Shown: piece by piece, positions 15,916-25,035 of the stretch
Numbering within the stretch: the stretch's first letter is position 1
Layout: each line of letters opens with the position of its first letter
Source of the DNA: an uncultured virus (IMG/VR IMGVR_UViG_3300046009_005595)
Taxonomy: Duplodnaviria > Heunggongvirae > Uroviricota > Caudoviricetes
Virus record (IMG/VR): IMGVR_UViG_3300046009_005595
Coordinates: 1-64,000 of that record
Length of the DNA stretch: 64,000 nucleotides
Strand: one strand, 5' to 3'
The notes under the pieces: model-generated
Database searches by the model: none
What the model saw: only the letters and a program-made list of their open reading frames with translations
Told to the model about the DNA's origin: nothing
Program-made: the position numbers and the translations under genes

Positions 15916-18604
15916 ATACTATTCTTACAATTCCATATTGAGCTTTTTGGAATACACTTTCTTCATTTCTTACTCCAATATTAATACCCATAGCAGTAGA
16001 ACTTGATCCTGCTCTTCTATCACCATTTTTGGAAGATCCACCTCCACCAGAAGAAGATAATATAGGTGCAGAAGAACCTCCAGAATTTCCACCACCTCCA
16101 CCAGAAGATATTGGTGTTACAGAAGATCCACCATTAAATGTAGTTACTCCTAATTCACCTAAATTACTTGTATTTTGTGCTTGTAATGATGGTAATCTTT
16201 CTCCTGATTTCATTCCTTGTAAATTTGCTATGTCTTTAACATTTGAAACTACATCTAATAATGAACTTGATTTACCAATAGAAGAAATGTCAAAATTTCC
16301 TCCTATATTTCCAGTTGAAAAATCTCCTACTTTTGACGATGGATTTCCTTTAATGCTACCATCAGAGGTAGTGCTAATATTTCCTTCTACATTAGTATTT
16401 TTATTATCTGAAGGTTCTTCAAAAAGTCCACCAAATAATCCGCCTAAAGTCTTAGATATAGTTGGAATCATACTTCCAACTTTACCTACAGTTTGTAATA
16501 TTCCACCTAACTGACCAGAAGAATTTCTACCTCTAGAATTTCCACCAAATAATCCGCCTAAAGACCTAGCTATACCTGGAATCATACTTCCAACTTTACC
16601 TACAGTTTCTAATCCACCAGAAGAATTTCCACCAAACATAGAACTAATACTATCTGTTATATTAGATAATGGATTTTTTGTTATTAATTCTGGTTGCATT
16701 GGAGTAACACCAAACATAGAACTAATACTATCTTTCATAGTAGAAGCAGATTTATCTGCTTCTGTTTTTTTAGATTGTATTGCACCTATATCACTTGCTA
16801 TATTTTCAAGTAGACCTATCGTATTATCAAAATTAGAGGAAGATTCTGCTTGTGTAGTAGAATCTTTTGTTTCTGATACTGGAGTTATAGAGTCTCTATA
16901 TATTTCTTTATTTGTAGTAGGTTCTTTTATAAGTTTTTCTGAGGTTTCTTCTTGCTCTTCCTCTTCTTCTATATCTTCAGGCATTATTTTTTTAGAAGAT
17001 GTTATCATCATTTTTTGATCTTCTTTAGGAAGTTTTGATTCTTTATAAGGAACAACAATACCTGTTCCTAATTCTGTTCCTCCTGATTTAACAGGAACAG
17101 CACCTTCAGTTTTATTAGATTCTTTATAAGGAACAACAATACCTGTTCCTAATTCTGTTCCTCCTGATTTAACAGGAACAGCACCTTCAATTTTATTAGA
17201 TTCTTCCTTTTGGTTTTCTGCTAATTCTATTTTTTTCTGATCTTCTCTATGTTCTTTAGAATATCTAATGGCTTCCTTTATTGCAGAATCTGAAGTTCCT
17301 GTTGATTGTCCATATGCTGAACGTCCAGTAGTTGGATCAGCTATAGATGCCCATTCTTTAGACAAATTCTTTTGAAATTGTTCTTCACTTATTTTTCCTT
17401 CTCTATATTTCTTATATCCTCTACCTTCTAAAAGACTTCTACCTATCTTATCTTGTAGTTCAGGAGTGAAAATATCCTCATCAGAAAATCCTAATAATTT
17501 TTGTTGTGCTGATAATGTTCCTTGTACTACTTGATATTTCCCAACTGCTCCTGTTCCAAGCTTTGTTCCTGGTACTTTTCCACTAGTTGCTGCAATTTGT
17601 TTTTTCTGGAATTCTTTTACTTCTCCAACAGTCATTTGACTTAAAGGCTTATCAGGTTTTACATATTTACCAAATCCATAAGGCACATCATATCCAGATT
17701 CAAATCCAGCTTTTCTAGCTTTAGCATCATCTGTTCCTTCCCCTTTGGTAATTCTACTTAACAGAGTTTTTGTACCTTCATCAACAGAAGTTTGTATTTC
17801 AGTAGTATCTTTTCCTAAATCATCCCATCTTCTGATTGTTCCAGAACCAGATTTACCCATTTCTCCTACTTGTTTTCCTGATCTTTTATTACCTTCAGAA
17901 TCGACAGCATATTGTCCTGTATCTTTAAGACTTGGTGCACTTTCAACATCAAAAGCTTTTTTTAATCCAACTCCAACAGCACCAATACCTAATAAAATAG
18001 GACCAAGTTCAACTAAAGCTCCTGATAATAGAGGAATAAATTTCATTATATTTGAAATTATCTTTACTAAAGATGGTATAAATTTAGTTAGGATATTTTT
18101 AAAGGAACCAAAAACCTCAATAATATCTTTTGCTGAATCTTTAATTCCTTTAAATGGATTTTTTAGAAAATCATCCAAATTATCTATTGATTTTCCTGAT
18201 TCTTTTGAAGTATCATAATCGAATTCATAATCTTTTATTTTAGATGCGGTTTCAGATTTCTCTCTTTCATCTTTTATTTGATCATATCTTATTTTATTTG
18301 AAAGGAGTTTATATATTGCTTGTAATATATCAGATTGTGAATCATTTGCTCCAAGATTTGGAGTTGCTATTTTTGGAAGAGTATATCTTTGAGATACTTT
18401 TTCAGCAGTATTAGATTTAGATTTATCTTTTTTTGAAGATACCTCTGAAGATTCTACTTCAGAGGTTTTATCTTCGTTAATAGTCTTAAATTTATCTTTT
18501 ATATCTTTTCCAAAATCAGATAAAAAAGAGTTTAGATTTTTTATATTTGGTGATGAACTGATGTCTTTTATTACACTACCTAATTTGCTAATTTCATCTG
18601 CCAT
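15914..18604 (-). CDS. Probable tape measure / gp29-like protein with an internal lysozyme-like domain
   Basis: Downstream of gp26/gp51; low-complexity helical sequence; GEGT...Y...MTVGEV...AVGKYQ...TPELQD...EWAS muramidase-like segment. Confidence 0.65.
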   Translation of the reverse strand: MADEISKLGSVIKDISSSPNIKNLNSFLSDFGKDIKDKFKTINEDKTSEVESSEVSSKKDKSKSNTAEKVSQRYTLPKIATPNLGANDSQSDILQAIYKLLSNKIRYDQIKDEREKSETASKIKDYEFDYDTSKESGKSIDNLDDFLKNPFKGIKDSAKDIIEVFGSFKNILTKFIPSLVKIISNIMKFIPLLSGALVELGPILLGIGAVGVGLKKAFDVESAPSLKDTGQYAVDSEGNKRSGKQVGEMGKSGSGTIRRWDDLGKDTTEIQTSVDEGTKTLLSRITKGEGTDDAKARKAGFESGYDVPYGFGKYVKPDKPLSQMTVGEVKEFQKKQIAATSGKVPGTKLGTGAVGKYQVVQGTLSAQQKLLGFSDEDIFTPELQDKIGRSLLEGRGYKKYREGKISEEQFQKNLSKEWASIADPTTGRSAYGQSTGTSDSAIKEAIRYSKEHREDQKKIELAENQKEESNKIEGAVPVKSGGTELGTGIVVPYKESNKTEGAVPVKSGGTELGTGIVVPYKESKLPKEDQKMMITSSKKIMPEDIEEEEEQEETSEKLIKEPTTNKEIYRDSITPVSETKDSTTQAESSSNFDNTIGLLENIASDIGAIQSKKTEADKSASTMKDSISSMFGVTPMQPELITKNPLSNITDSISSMFGGNSSGGLETVGKVGSMIPGIARSLGGLFGGNSRGRNSSGQLGGILQTVGKVGSMIPTISKTLGGLFGGLFEEPSDNKNTNVEGNISTTSDGSIKGNPSSKVGDFSTGNIGGNFDISSIGKSSSLLDVVSNVKDIANLQGMKSGERLPSLQAQNTSNLGELGVTTFNGGSSVTPISSGGGGGNSGGSSAPILSSSGGGGSSKNGDRRAGSSSTAMGINIGVRNEESVFQKAQYGIVRIV
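17037..17205. repeat. Near-perfect 81-bp tandem duplication within the tape-measure-like gene
   Basis: EGAVPVKSGGTELGTGIVVPYKES occurs twice; copies start at 17037 and 17118. Confidence 0.9.
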
Positions 18605-18606
18605 TT

Positions 18607-18753
18607 TTAAAACCTATTTTTATTTCTATTTTGTAATTCTCTTATTCTTTCGTTCTCTTCTTGAATATATGATTCAAGTTGAGATATATAAATTTGTCTT
18701 TCCCACGGAAGCATCTCTTCTAATTCACTCAGACTATACTTGTGGTGTTGCAT
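18607..18753 (-). CDS. 51: Baseplate hub assembly protein gp51-like (missing from the ORF track)
   Basis: Manual translation MQHHKYSLSELEEMLPWERQIYISQLESYIQEEN...; frame stays open upstream into the gp26 end. Confidence 0.85.
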   Translation of the reverse strand: MQHHKYSLSELEEMLPWERQIYISQLESYIQEENERIRELQNRNKNRF

Positions 18754-18803
18754 TAATATAAAGTTAACTACATAGTAGTTTTTCAAATCTTCATGATGTA
18801 AAG

Positions 18804-19529
18804 TTATCCTAAAAAATTTTCAAGACCCTCAATTTTTATTTTATGTTCAAATCCACATTTATTACAAGTAGTTTCTATATTCTTTTGTAATTTTGGAAGA
18901 GTATCGAAAAAGTTTTTGATTTTATTAAATTGATCAATATTTAAACTTTCTAAAAATTCAGTAAGCTCTTCTTTAGAAGAATCTTTAGCATTGTAAATAT
19001 TATCGTTTTCGTAAATATGTTCAATACAATTTACAATTAAATCAAAAGCTAATTCAGCATCGTTATTGATTTTTGAAATAGAATTAATTAAATTATATGT
19101 AGGGAATTTCATTTTAATTCCTACAGAATCAGTTAATTCAATATCATTTTTTATATCAGTATCATTTATGTTTATATCTAATAAATCAATATTAACATCT
19201 AATAAATTCCCACAAATATTATCATCTGGATCTATAGAATTTTGACATCTGTATTTTAAAGATACAATTTCTCCTACAGATCTAGCACGAAGATTTATGA
19301 AAAAATATTCAATATCTACAATAGGAAGCTTGTCGATATTAATTTCACTTAAACAACAATTTTTTAATATTTCTTTTATATTGTCGGCAGTAAATGCTGA
19401 ATCTTCAGCAGATACTGCCATTAACAATATTTTTTGTTCTTTAACTAAGAATGGTCTAAATTTTACATTCTTTTTAGTTAAAGGTAATTTCAAGTCATAT
19501 GTTGGAACACTAATTTTTGGTAAACTCAT
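18804..19529 (-). CDS. 26: Baseplate hub assembly chaperone gp26
   Basis: MSLPKI..PTY.L.LP, FRPFLVKEQKILL, DIEY.F..LRARSVGE, C..CG...IEGL.NF. Confidence 0.92.
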   Translation of the reverse strand: MSLPKISVPTYDLKLPLTKKNVKFRPFLVKEQKILLMAVSAEDSAFTADNIKEILKNCCLSEINIDKLPIVDIEYFFINLRARSVGEIVSLKYRCQNSIDPDDNICGNLLDVNIDLLDININDTDIKNDIELTDSVGIKMKFPTYNLINSISKINNDAELAFDLIVNCIEHIYENDNIYNAKDSSKEELTEFLESLNIDQFNKIKNFFDTLPKLQKNIETTCNKCGFEHKIKIEGLENFLG

Positions 19530-19566
19530 AATAATAATCCTAAATTAAATATATGTATCTATAATA

Positions 19567-20952
19567 TTATCTTTTACCAAATAACGAAGCAAGTAAAGCT
19601 GCTACGTCAATTGGTGGTGGTAATTGAATAGTTGGCGTAGTTGGTTTAGTTGTTACCCCAGTATTAACATTATAAAAAGTTTGATTTATATTATTTGTTA
19701 CTGTAGAAGTTGTATTAATATTAGTAACATTAGTAACATTGGTAATATTAGTAATATTTGTTGTTGTTGTATTATTATTAATTACAGTATTAGGAATAAC
19801 AGGAGTAATAACAGGTGGTGCTACATATGTATCAGCCTTATTTTGTTCAGCTACTAATTTTATCTTAGAATCATTTAATAATTTAGTAGTATCCTTTATT
19901 CTTGTTTCAAGAGCATTAATAGCTTTATCATTTGCAACTATAATATTTTTATAAGGTTGTAGTGCTGTTACTAAAGGACTTTGAACTACACCTGTATTTT
20001 TAAAATAATAAGCATTTTTATCTATACTTGGTAATTTAGCATAAATGCTTGATGTAGTAGTTCCAAAACTAATATAAGTTTCTTTATTATCATAAGGCAT
20101 GGCGTTGAAGAAAGTATTTCTAGTATCTCTTAGAGGAATATTAAAACTACTAGTAGGTACTTTTGCATTCCACCAATAATAAGTTCCTGCTCCTCTGTTT
20201 TCTGATGCATCTGCAGTACCAGTATATCCAATATCTCCTGCAGTAACTCTATAAGTACAACTTTGAGTGTAAGTTGGATTAGGTGATCTTCTTGCCACAA
20301 AACCAAGAGTTTGACCAGAAGCAAAAAATACATTCACGCCACAGAAAGCGCTTTTTTGAGGTAACATTAATTGAATTCTTACATAATTTTTAGTTTTTCT
20401 ATTAAATAAAAGAACTTTTCCTGTTGGTTTTGAATTACGATCTATATCATAATCATGTTCCATGCTTATAACAACATCAGATAAATTCCATTGAATATCA
20501 ATAGTTTGATTTCTATACCATTCACCAGAAACAAGAGTTTTTGCTGGATGATATGTGTAAGAAGGATTTATCCAATTATTTATTTTATAGATAGGACGAC
20601 CAATTCTTGATACATCACTAGTGCCAACATAATAGGAGAAATTAACATCTGCTCCAGCAGGAATGTAGAATCTTGTAGAATTGTCAGTAGGAGGACTAAC
20701 TAAATGTGTTAGAAAACCAACATCTGCTGTGTATGAAGTAACACCTGTCCAAGTTGAAACTGTTTTGGTGTTTCCAGTGCTCTTTGTTATTCTATCAATA
20801 ATTGCTTGTTGTGCTACTGTATTAGCTTTATAAGTTTTTTGATTATCTTGAAATCCTTTAATCTGAGTTTGATAAGTTGTAATAAGTCCTTTAAGTCTAT
20901 CAATTTCGTATTGTATTTCTGCTAGTGTAGGTGGATTGTATGCTGCTGCCAT
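19567..20952 (-). CDS. Hypothetical protein: coiled-coil ends, beta-rich core, Thr/Asn-rich tail
   Basis: 461-aa ORF with AGGA RBS; no family recognised. Confidence 0.6.
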   Translation of the reverse strand: MAAAYNPPTLAEIQYEIDRLKGLITTYQTQIKGFQDNQKTYKANTVAQQAIIDRITKSTGNTKTVSTWTGVTSYTADVGFLTHLVSPPTDNSTRFYIPAGADVNFSYYVGTSDVSRIGRPIYKINNWINPSYTYHPAKTLVSGEWYRNQTIDIQWNLSDVVISMEHDYDIDRNSKPTGKVLLFNRKTKNYVRIQLMLPQKSAFCGVNVFFASGQTLGFVARRSPNPTYTQSCTYRVTAGDIGYTGTADASENRGAGTYYWWNAKVPTSSFNIPLRDTRNTFFNAMPYDNKETYISFGTTTSSIYAKLPSIDKNAYYFKNTGVVQSPLVTALQPYKNIIVANDKAINALETRIKDTTKLLNDSKIKLVAEQNKADTYVAPPVITPVIPNTVINNNTTTTNITNITNVTNVTNINTTSTVTNNINQTFYNVNTGVTTKPTTPTIQLPPPIDVAALLASLFGKR

Positions 20953-21046
20953 TTTATGTTTCCTATATGTTATTTTGTTAAAAAAATATAATGATATAGC
21001 TATTTATTAAAATTAAAAGCTATATTAAATTTAAATCCTCTTATTG

Positions 21047-21637
21047 TCATTTTGAATTTAATTTAGTTTTATCTGTTTCTCCATATGTATATCTATAAGC
21101 AAAAGTAACCATAAGTTTACTATAATCATTAGTTTGCGCCCAATTTAGAGGAATTGCATGACAATCAACAGGAAAAGCATCTACTAAAACTGCTCTATAT
21201 ACAATATGTCCAGTAAGATCATATTGATTTATGAAAACATCAACAACGTAATTTGTTTTATAAGAAAAATCAAACTTTACAATATTTGCATTAGGAGGAG
21301 TCTCAGAATAAGATGGTTTTGAATATGATATAACATCCATCCAATCATCAAAATATACTTTCTCGTCCATTGATCCAGAACAAATAAAAGTCAAAGCACA
21401 TTTATTATACGCATTTTGTATAGGGTATTGTTCTATTGGTCCATATGTCTTTTGATCAACAAGAGAAAAAGTTCTTCCTGGAAGTTCCGCACTTTCACAT
21501 CTGAGTGAAATTATTCTTTCGACATCATCATTTTTACCAACAGTCTTAGGCTTAATGATATCCACGGAAAAATCACAAGGTCTAGATAATTCGCTACTAA
21601 AACTTGATATGAATTGTGTAATAGTTCCTGATGACAT
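21047..21637 (-). CDS. Tail tube initiator gp54-like (tube fold)
   Basis: LRCESAELPGR, YFDDW, AFP......L, VTFAYR; TATAAATA boxes upstream at 21655-21672. Confidence 0.75.
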   Translation of the reverse strand: MSSGTITQFISSFSSELSRPCDFSVDIIKPKTVGKNDDVERIISLRCESAELPGRTFSLVDQKTYGPIEQYPIQNAYNKCALTFICSGSMDEKVYFDDWMDVISYSKPSYSETPPNANIVKFDFSYKTNYVVDVFINQYDLTGHIVYRAVLVDAFPVDCHAIPLNWAQTNDYSKLMVTFAYRYTYGETDKTKLNSK

Positions 21638-21675
21638 ATTTTTAAAAAGTTGTTTATTTATATATATTTATAATT

Positions 21676-22515
21676 TTATTTACTTCTATTAGAAGATTTT
21701 TTATTAGGTTTTTTATTAATTTCAGATAAAGAGTTTTTCCAAACATTTTCTTTAGTTTCATTTTGGAAATTTTCATAAGGTAGATGTATAGCATACATCC
21801 ATTCGTGAGGTTGTACTTGCAACACTCTACTTTGTAAGTTTTTAATTATATATAATTTAATACATGGTTTATATGCTGATAAATTAACATTTCCTTTTAA
21901 TGTTTTTTGGTATGTTGTTAGTAATCTTCTTATTTCTTTATCTTTATTAAGTTTAGATCCAGCCATACTTAATTGTGCTAAAAACATAGCTCTTTGTTCA
22001 ATTGGAAGATAATGAAGATTTAGTCCAAGAAAATGAGTTTTTGCTAATCCTCCTTGTGGAGGTTCTAATAATATTATCAATGGAAATTTATCCCAATATG
22101 GAAGTTCTTTTTTATACTTGGCATCATAAGCAAAGAAATACATTCCACCTTCCATAAAAGTTTCTGATCTTTTTTGTGCAGTTGTTGTTCCTGGAATTCC
22201 ACTAGCTCCAGCTTTTAATCCTTTTATTTTTAAAACTAACCAAGATATTGCTTCTTTTTCTAATAGCTTTCTTTCTGATGGAGAAGCTTTTTTAAGTCTA
22301 CTTTGTATCGTAGGTGCTTCTTTACTTTTAAAAAATTGCTTATTGAGAATAATTTGTAAGTCTTTTGGGGCAACCTTTGTAGGTAATCCATTTTTAGACA
22401 TTAACTGCCATCCAATATTCTCATCTATAGCTTTTGGATTATACATATATACTTTACCGTTATATACGGTAGTATACCATTTACTATAATCTTGAGATGA
22501 ATTAATTTCTACCAT
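21676..22515 (-). CDS. 2: DNA end protector protein gp2
   Basis: YDAKYK..LPYWDKFPL, GLNLHYL, PCIKLY. Confidence 0.88.
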   Translation of the reverse strand: MVEINSSQDYSKWYTTVYNGKVYMYNPKAIDENIGWQLMSKNGLPTKVAPKDLQIILNKQFFKSKEAPTIQSRLKKASPSERKLLEKEAISWLVLKIKGLKAGASGIPGTTTAQKRSETFMEGGMYFFAYDAKYKKELPYWDKFPLIILLEPPQGGLAKTHFLGLNLHYLPIEQRAMFLAQLSMAGSKLNKDKEIRRLLTTYQKTLKGNVNLSAYKPCIKLYIIKNLQSRVLQVQPHEWMYAIHLPYENFQNETKENVWKNSLSEINKKPNKKSSNRSK

Positions 22516-22973
22516 TATTTTTTACCAAATATTTCTTTTTCTGTTAGTATTTTGAATTCCCAACCTCTATCCCTACAATATTTTTCAGCAGCTTGCCATT
22601 TAGAGGAATTTATTCCCCAAGTGCATACTTCATTTATATACGTTTTATTAAGATTTTTCTTGAGTTTTGGAGGTTTTGTTTGAGCCTCTGGTTTAATTTC
22701 TATTAAATAAGTTTTCACAACATTTTCACTTATTTTTATTTTCGCATAAATATCAACAAAATATCTGTGATATTTACTATCAACTGGTGATAAATAGTAT
22801 ATGAAGAGTTCTTCTGAATGCCATTCTAACACATTAGGGTTAGTATCCATCCAAGAAAACACTTTGGTTTCCCAAGAAGATCTAGATATTATTTTATAAG
22901 GATCTCCTTTATATTTATTTTTATTTTTTGGATACCAAGGTTTAGGTTCAGGATATCTTCTATTTTTTATCAT
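22515..22973 (-). CDS. 4: Head completion nuclease gp4
   Basis: PKN..KYKGD, RSSWE, HRYFVD, IEIKP..QT, KWQAA, F.ILTE. Confidence 0.92.
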   Translation of the reverse strand: MIKNRRYPEPKPWYPKNKNKYKGDPYKIISRSSWETKVFSWMDTNPNVLEWHSEELFIYYLSPVDSKYHRYFVDIYAKIKISENVVKTYLIEIKPEAQTKPPKLKKNLNKTYINEVCTWGINSSKWQAAEKYCRDRGWEFKILTEKEIFGKK

Positions 22974-22993
22974 AAATTTAAATTAAAAAAACT

Positions 22994-24106
22994 ATGCCAT
23001 TATACACAGGAAAAAACCCCTTAGATAGATTACAGGGAGGAACAGGGTTAGATACTAAAAATTATAATTTTAGTTATCTTACTTATCCTTTAGAGTTTGA
23101 TGATAAATTATCTTTTGGACATTATATGAATTTTTATATAAATGTTCAAAGCTTTTCTGATTATTTATCATCCGATTCAGGCAGATATAATACAAATCCA
23201 ACTTATAAAGATAATTTTGGAGACAATTCAACTGCTGTTGCTGGTGGTGGAGAAAAACCTGAATGGAATAAAGTATTCTATCCTGCTTTTGGATCAAAGT
23301 TTGCAGATCCATATAATTTAAAACCTGGTCCAACTTTAGGAGGAATTCCATCAGAACCAGGTGGACAAGGTATTATTAGTGATTTTCTTGGATCTTTATT
23401 TGGAGGAAGTCCTAGTAAGGCTTCTCAAGCTGTATTTCAAACAAGAATATCTCAAGCAATATCTTTATATATTCCAGATTCCATGAGTTTTACAACTTCA
23501 TACGATTGGCAGGATGCCAGTTTAACAGAAATGGGTGGAAAATATCTTAAAGGTGGTCAAGATATTGGTGGTGTATTAAGCGCAGTTCTTGATAAAGTTA
23601 GAGATAATGGATCAGAAGCAGCAAAAACAATAGGACAAGCAGCCTCGGATATATTATTAAATCCTACAGGAGGTAATACTTTCGGAGATGCTGTTATTGG
23701 AATGGCTGGAATGGCAGTAAATCCTCAGATATTTGTTCTATTCAGAGGTATTGATTTAAGAAGATTTCAATTCGATTTTATATTTACTCCTAAAAGTCCT
23801 CAAGAAGCAAAAAATGTTAGGAATATAATAAAAGCTTTTAGGTTTCATGCTGCTCCAGAAATAAGATCAGATTTTTCTAGATATTATGTTGCTCCTTCTA
23901 CTTTTAATATAGAATTCATGTATAAGGATAAAATCAATCAAAATATTTTCCAAATGACCACTTGTGTTCTTAATAGACTTTCTGTGGATTATGCTCCTTA
24001 TGGATGGGCTACATTTAATGATGGTATGCCTGTTCAAACAATATTATCAATGTCCTTCCAAGAAACTGAAATTATTACTAAATCTAAAGTTAATGAAGGT
24101 TATTAA
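22994..24106 (+). CDS. 48: Baseplate tail tube cap gp48
   Basis: ISLYIP, NP....LF.G..LRRFQFDF..TPKS..EA, LSFQETEI-like end. Confidence 0.85.
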   Translation: MPLYTGKNPLDRLQGGTGLDTKNYNFSYLTYPLEFDDKLSFGHYMNFYINVQSFSDYLSSDSGRYNTNPTYKDNFGDNSTAVAGGGEKPEWNKVFYPAFGSKFADPYNLKPGPTLGGIPSEPGGQGIISDFLGSLFGGSPSKASQAVFQTRISQAISLYIPDSMSFTTSYDWQDASLTEMGGKYLKGGQDIGGVLSAVLDKVRDNGSEAAKTIGQAASDILLNPTGGNTFGDAVIGMAGMAVNPQIFVLFRGIDLRRFQFDFIFTPKSPQEAKNVRNIIKAFRFHAAPEIRSDFSRYYVAPSTFNIEFMYKDKINQNIFQMTTCVLNRLSVDYAPYGWATFNDGMPVQTILSMSFQETEIITKSKVNEGY

Positions 24107-24141
24107 AATGAAATCATATTTAAAATTTATAGGATAAATTA

Positions 24142-25035
24142 ATGCCATTATATTTTTCTAAATTACCAAAAACTTTTTACAATAATGTTTTATTAACAGA
24201 TATTGTAACTAGAGTAGCTATGATTGAGGAATACTTAAATAATATGGATTTATATTATGAATATCTCGTACAAGATGGAGATACTCCAGAAATAATAGCA
24301 GAAAAATATTATGGAGTATCAGAATATCATTGGATTATAATGATGACAAATAACATATTTAATGCTACTTTTGATTTTCCTATGGGATATGAAACTTTTA
24401 ATAATTATATTGAAGACAAATATAAAGATTTAGGAAAAGAAAGTCCAAAAAGTTTAAGAATATTGGATGCTGGTAGTAATTATACTAATGGAACTTATGA
24501 AGGTATTCCTTTAGTTATTACAAATCCAAATGAATTAACAAAATTAGGAACTGACCTTTCTGCAAAAATAATAATTTCTAGTAATAGAGTAACTTCAATT
24601 AGTGTTTATAATGGTGATGGTTACGATGCAAATACTAGATTAACTGTAGATTCTTCTCAATTATCAACAACAGGTAATGTTTGTAGTTTTTCTATTAATT
24701 CATTTATGAATGGATATGAATATTCAAAATTACATACAGACCCATTATTAGGATATAATAATTCAATAATAGCTTATGATCCAATATCCCTTCAGAAAAT
24801 ATCTGAAGAAACTTATACTGTTGGTAAAGAATCATATCTATTATTAGCTCCAACTTCAAAAATAATAAATTTTCCAGATGGTTCTTCTATTGGATATAAC
24901 TCAAATAAATATATTAAATCTATATATGATATTGAACTTGATAAGAATGAGGAAAAACGATTAATAAAAATATTGAAAGAGGAATATGTACATTATGTTG
25001 TTAAACAATTTAATACTATTATGGGATCGTTATGA
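24142..25035 (+). CDS. 53: Baseplate wedge subunit gp53
   Basis: YFSKLP, GDTPE.IA.KYYG...YHWII, E...NE.KR.IKILK. Confidence 0.88.
   Translation: MPLYFSKLPKTFYNNVLLTDIVTRVAMIEEYLNNMDLYYEYLVQDGDTPEIIAEKYYGVSEYHWIIMMTNNIFNATFDFPMGYETFNNYIEDKYKDLGKESPKSLRILDAGSNYTNGTYEGIPLVITNPNELTKLGTDLSAKIIISSNRVTSISVYNGDGYDANTRLTVDSSQLSTTGNVCSFSINSFMNGYEYSKLHTDPLLGYNNSIIAYDPISLQKISEETYTVGKESYLLLAPTSKIINFPDGSSIGYNSNKYIKSIYDIELDKNEEKRLIKILKEEYVHYVVKQFNTIMGSL

Noticed and set aside
16029..18761. Plus-strand ORFs 16029, 17745 and 18561
   Set aside because: Antisense to the tape-measure-like and gp51 genes
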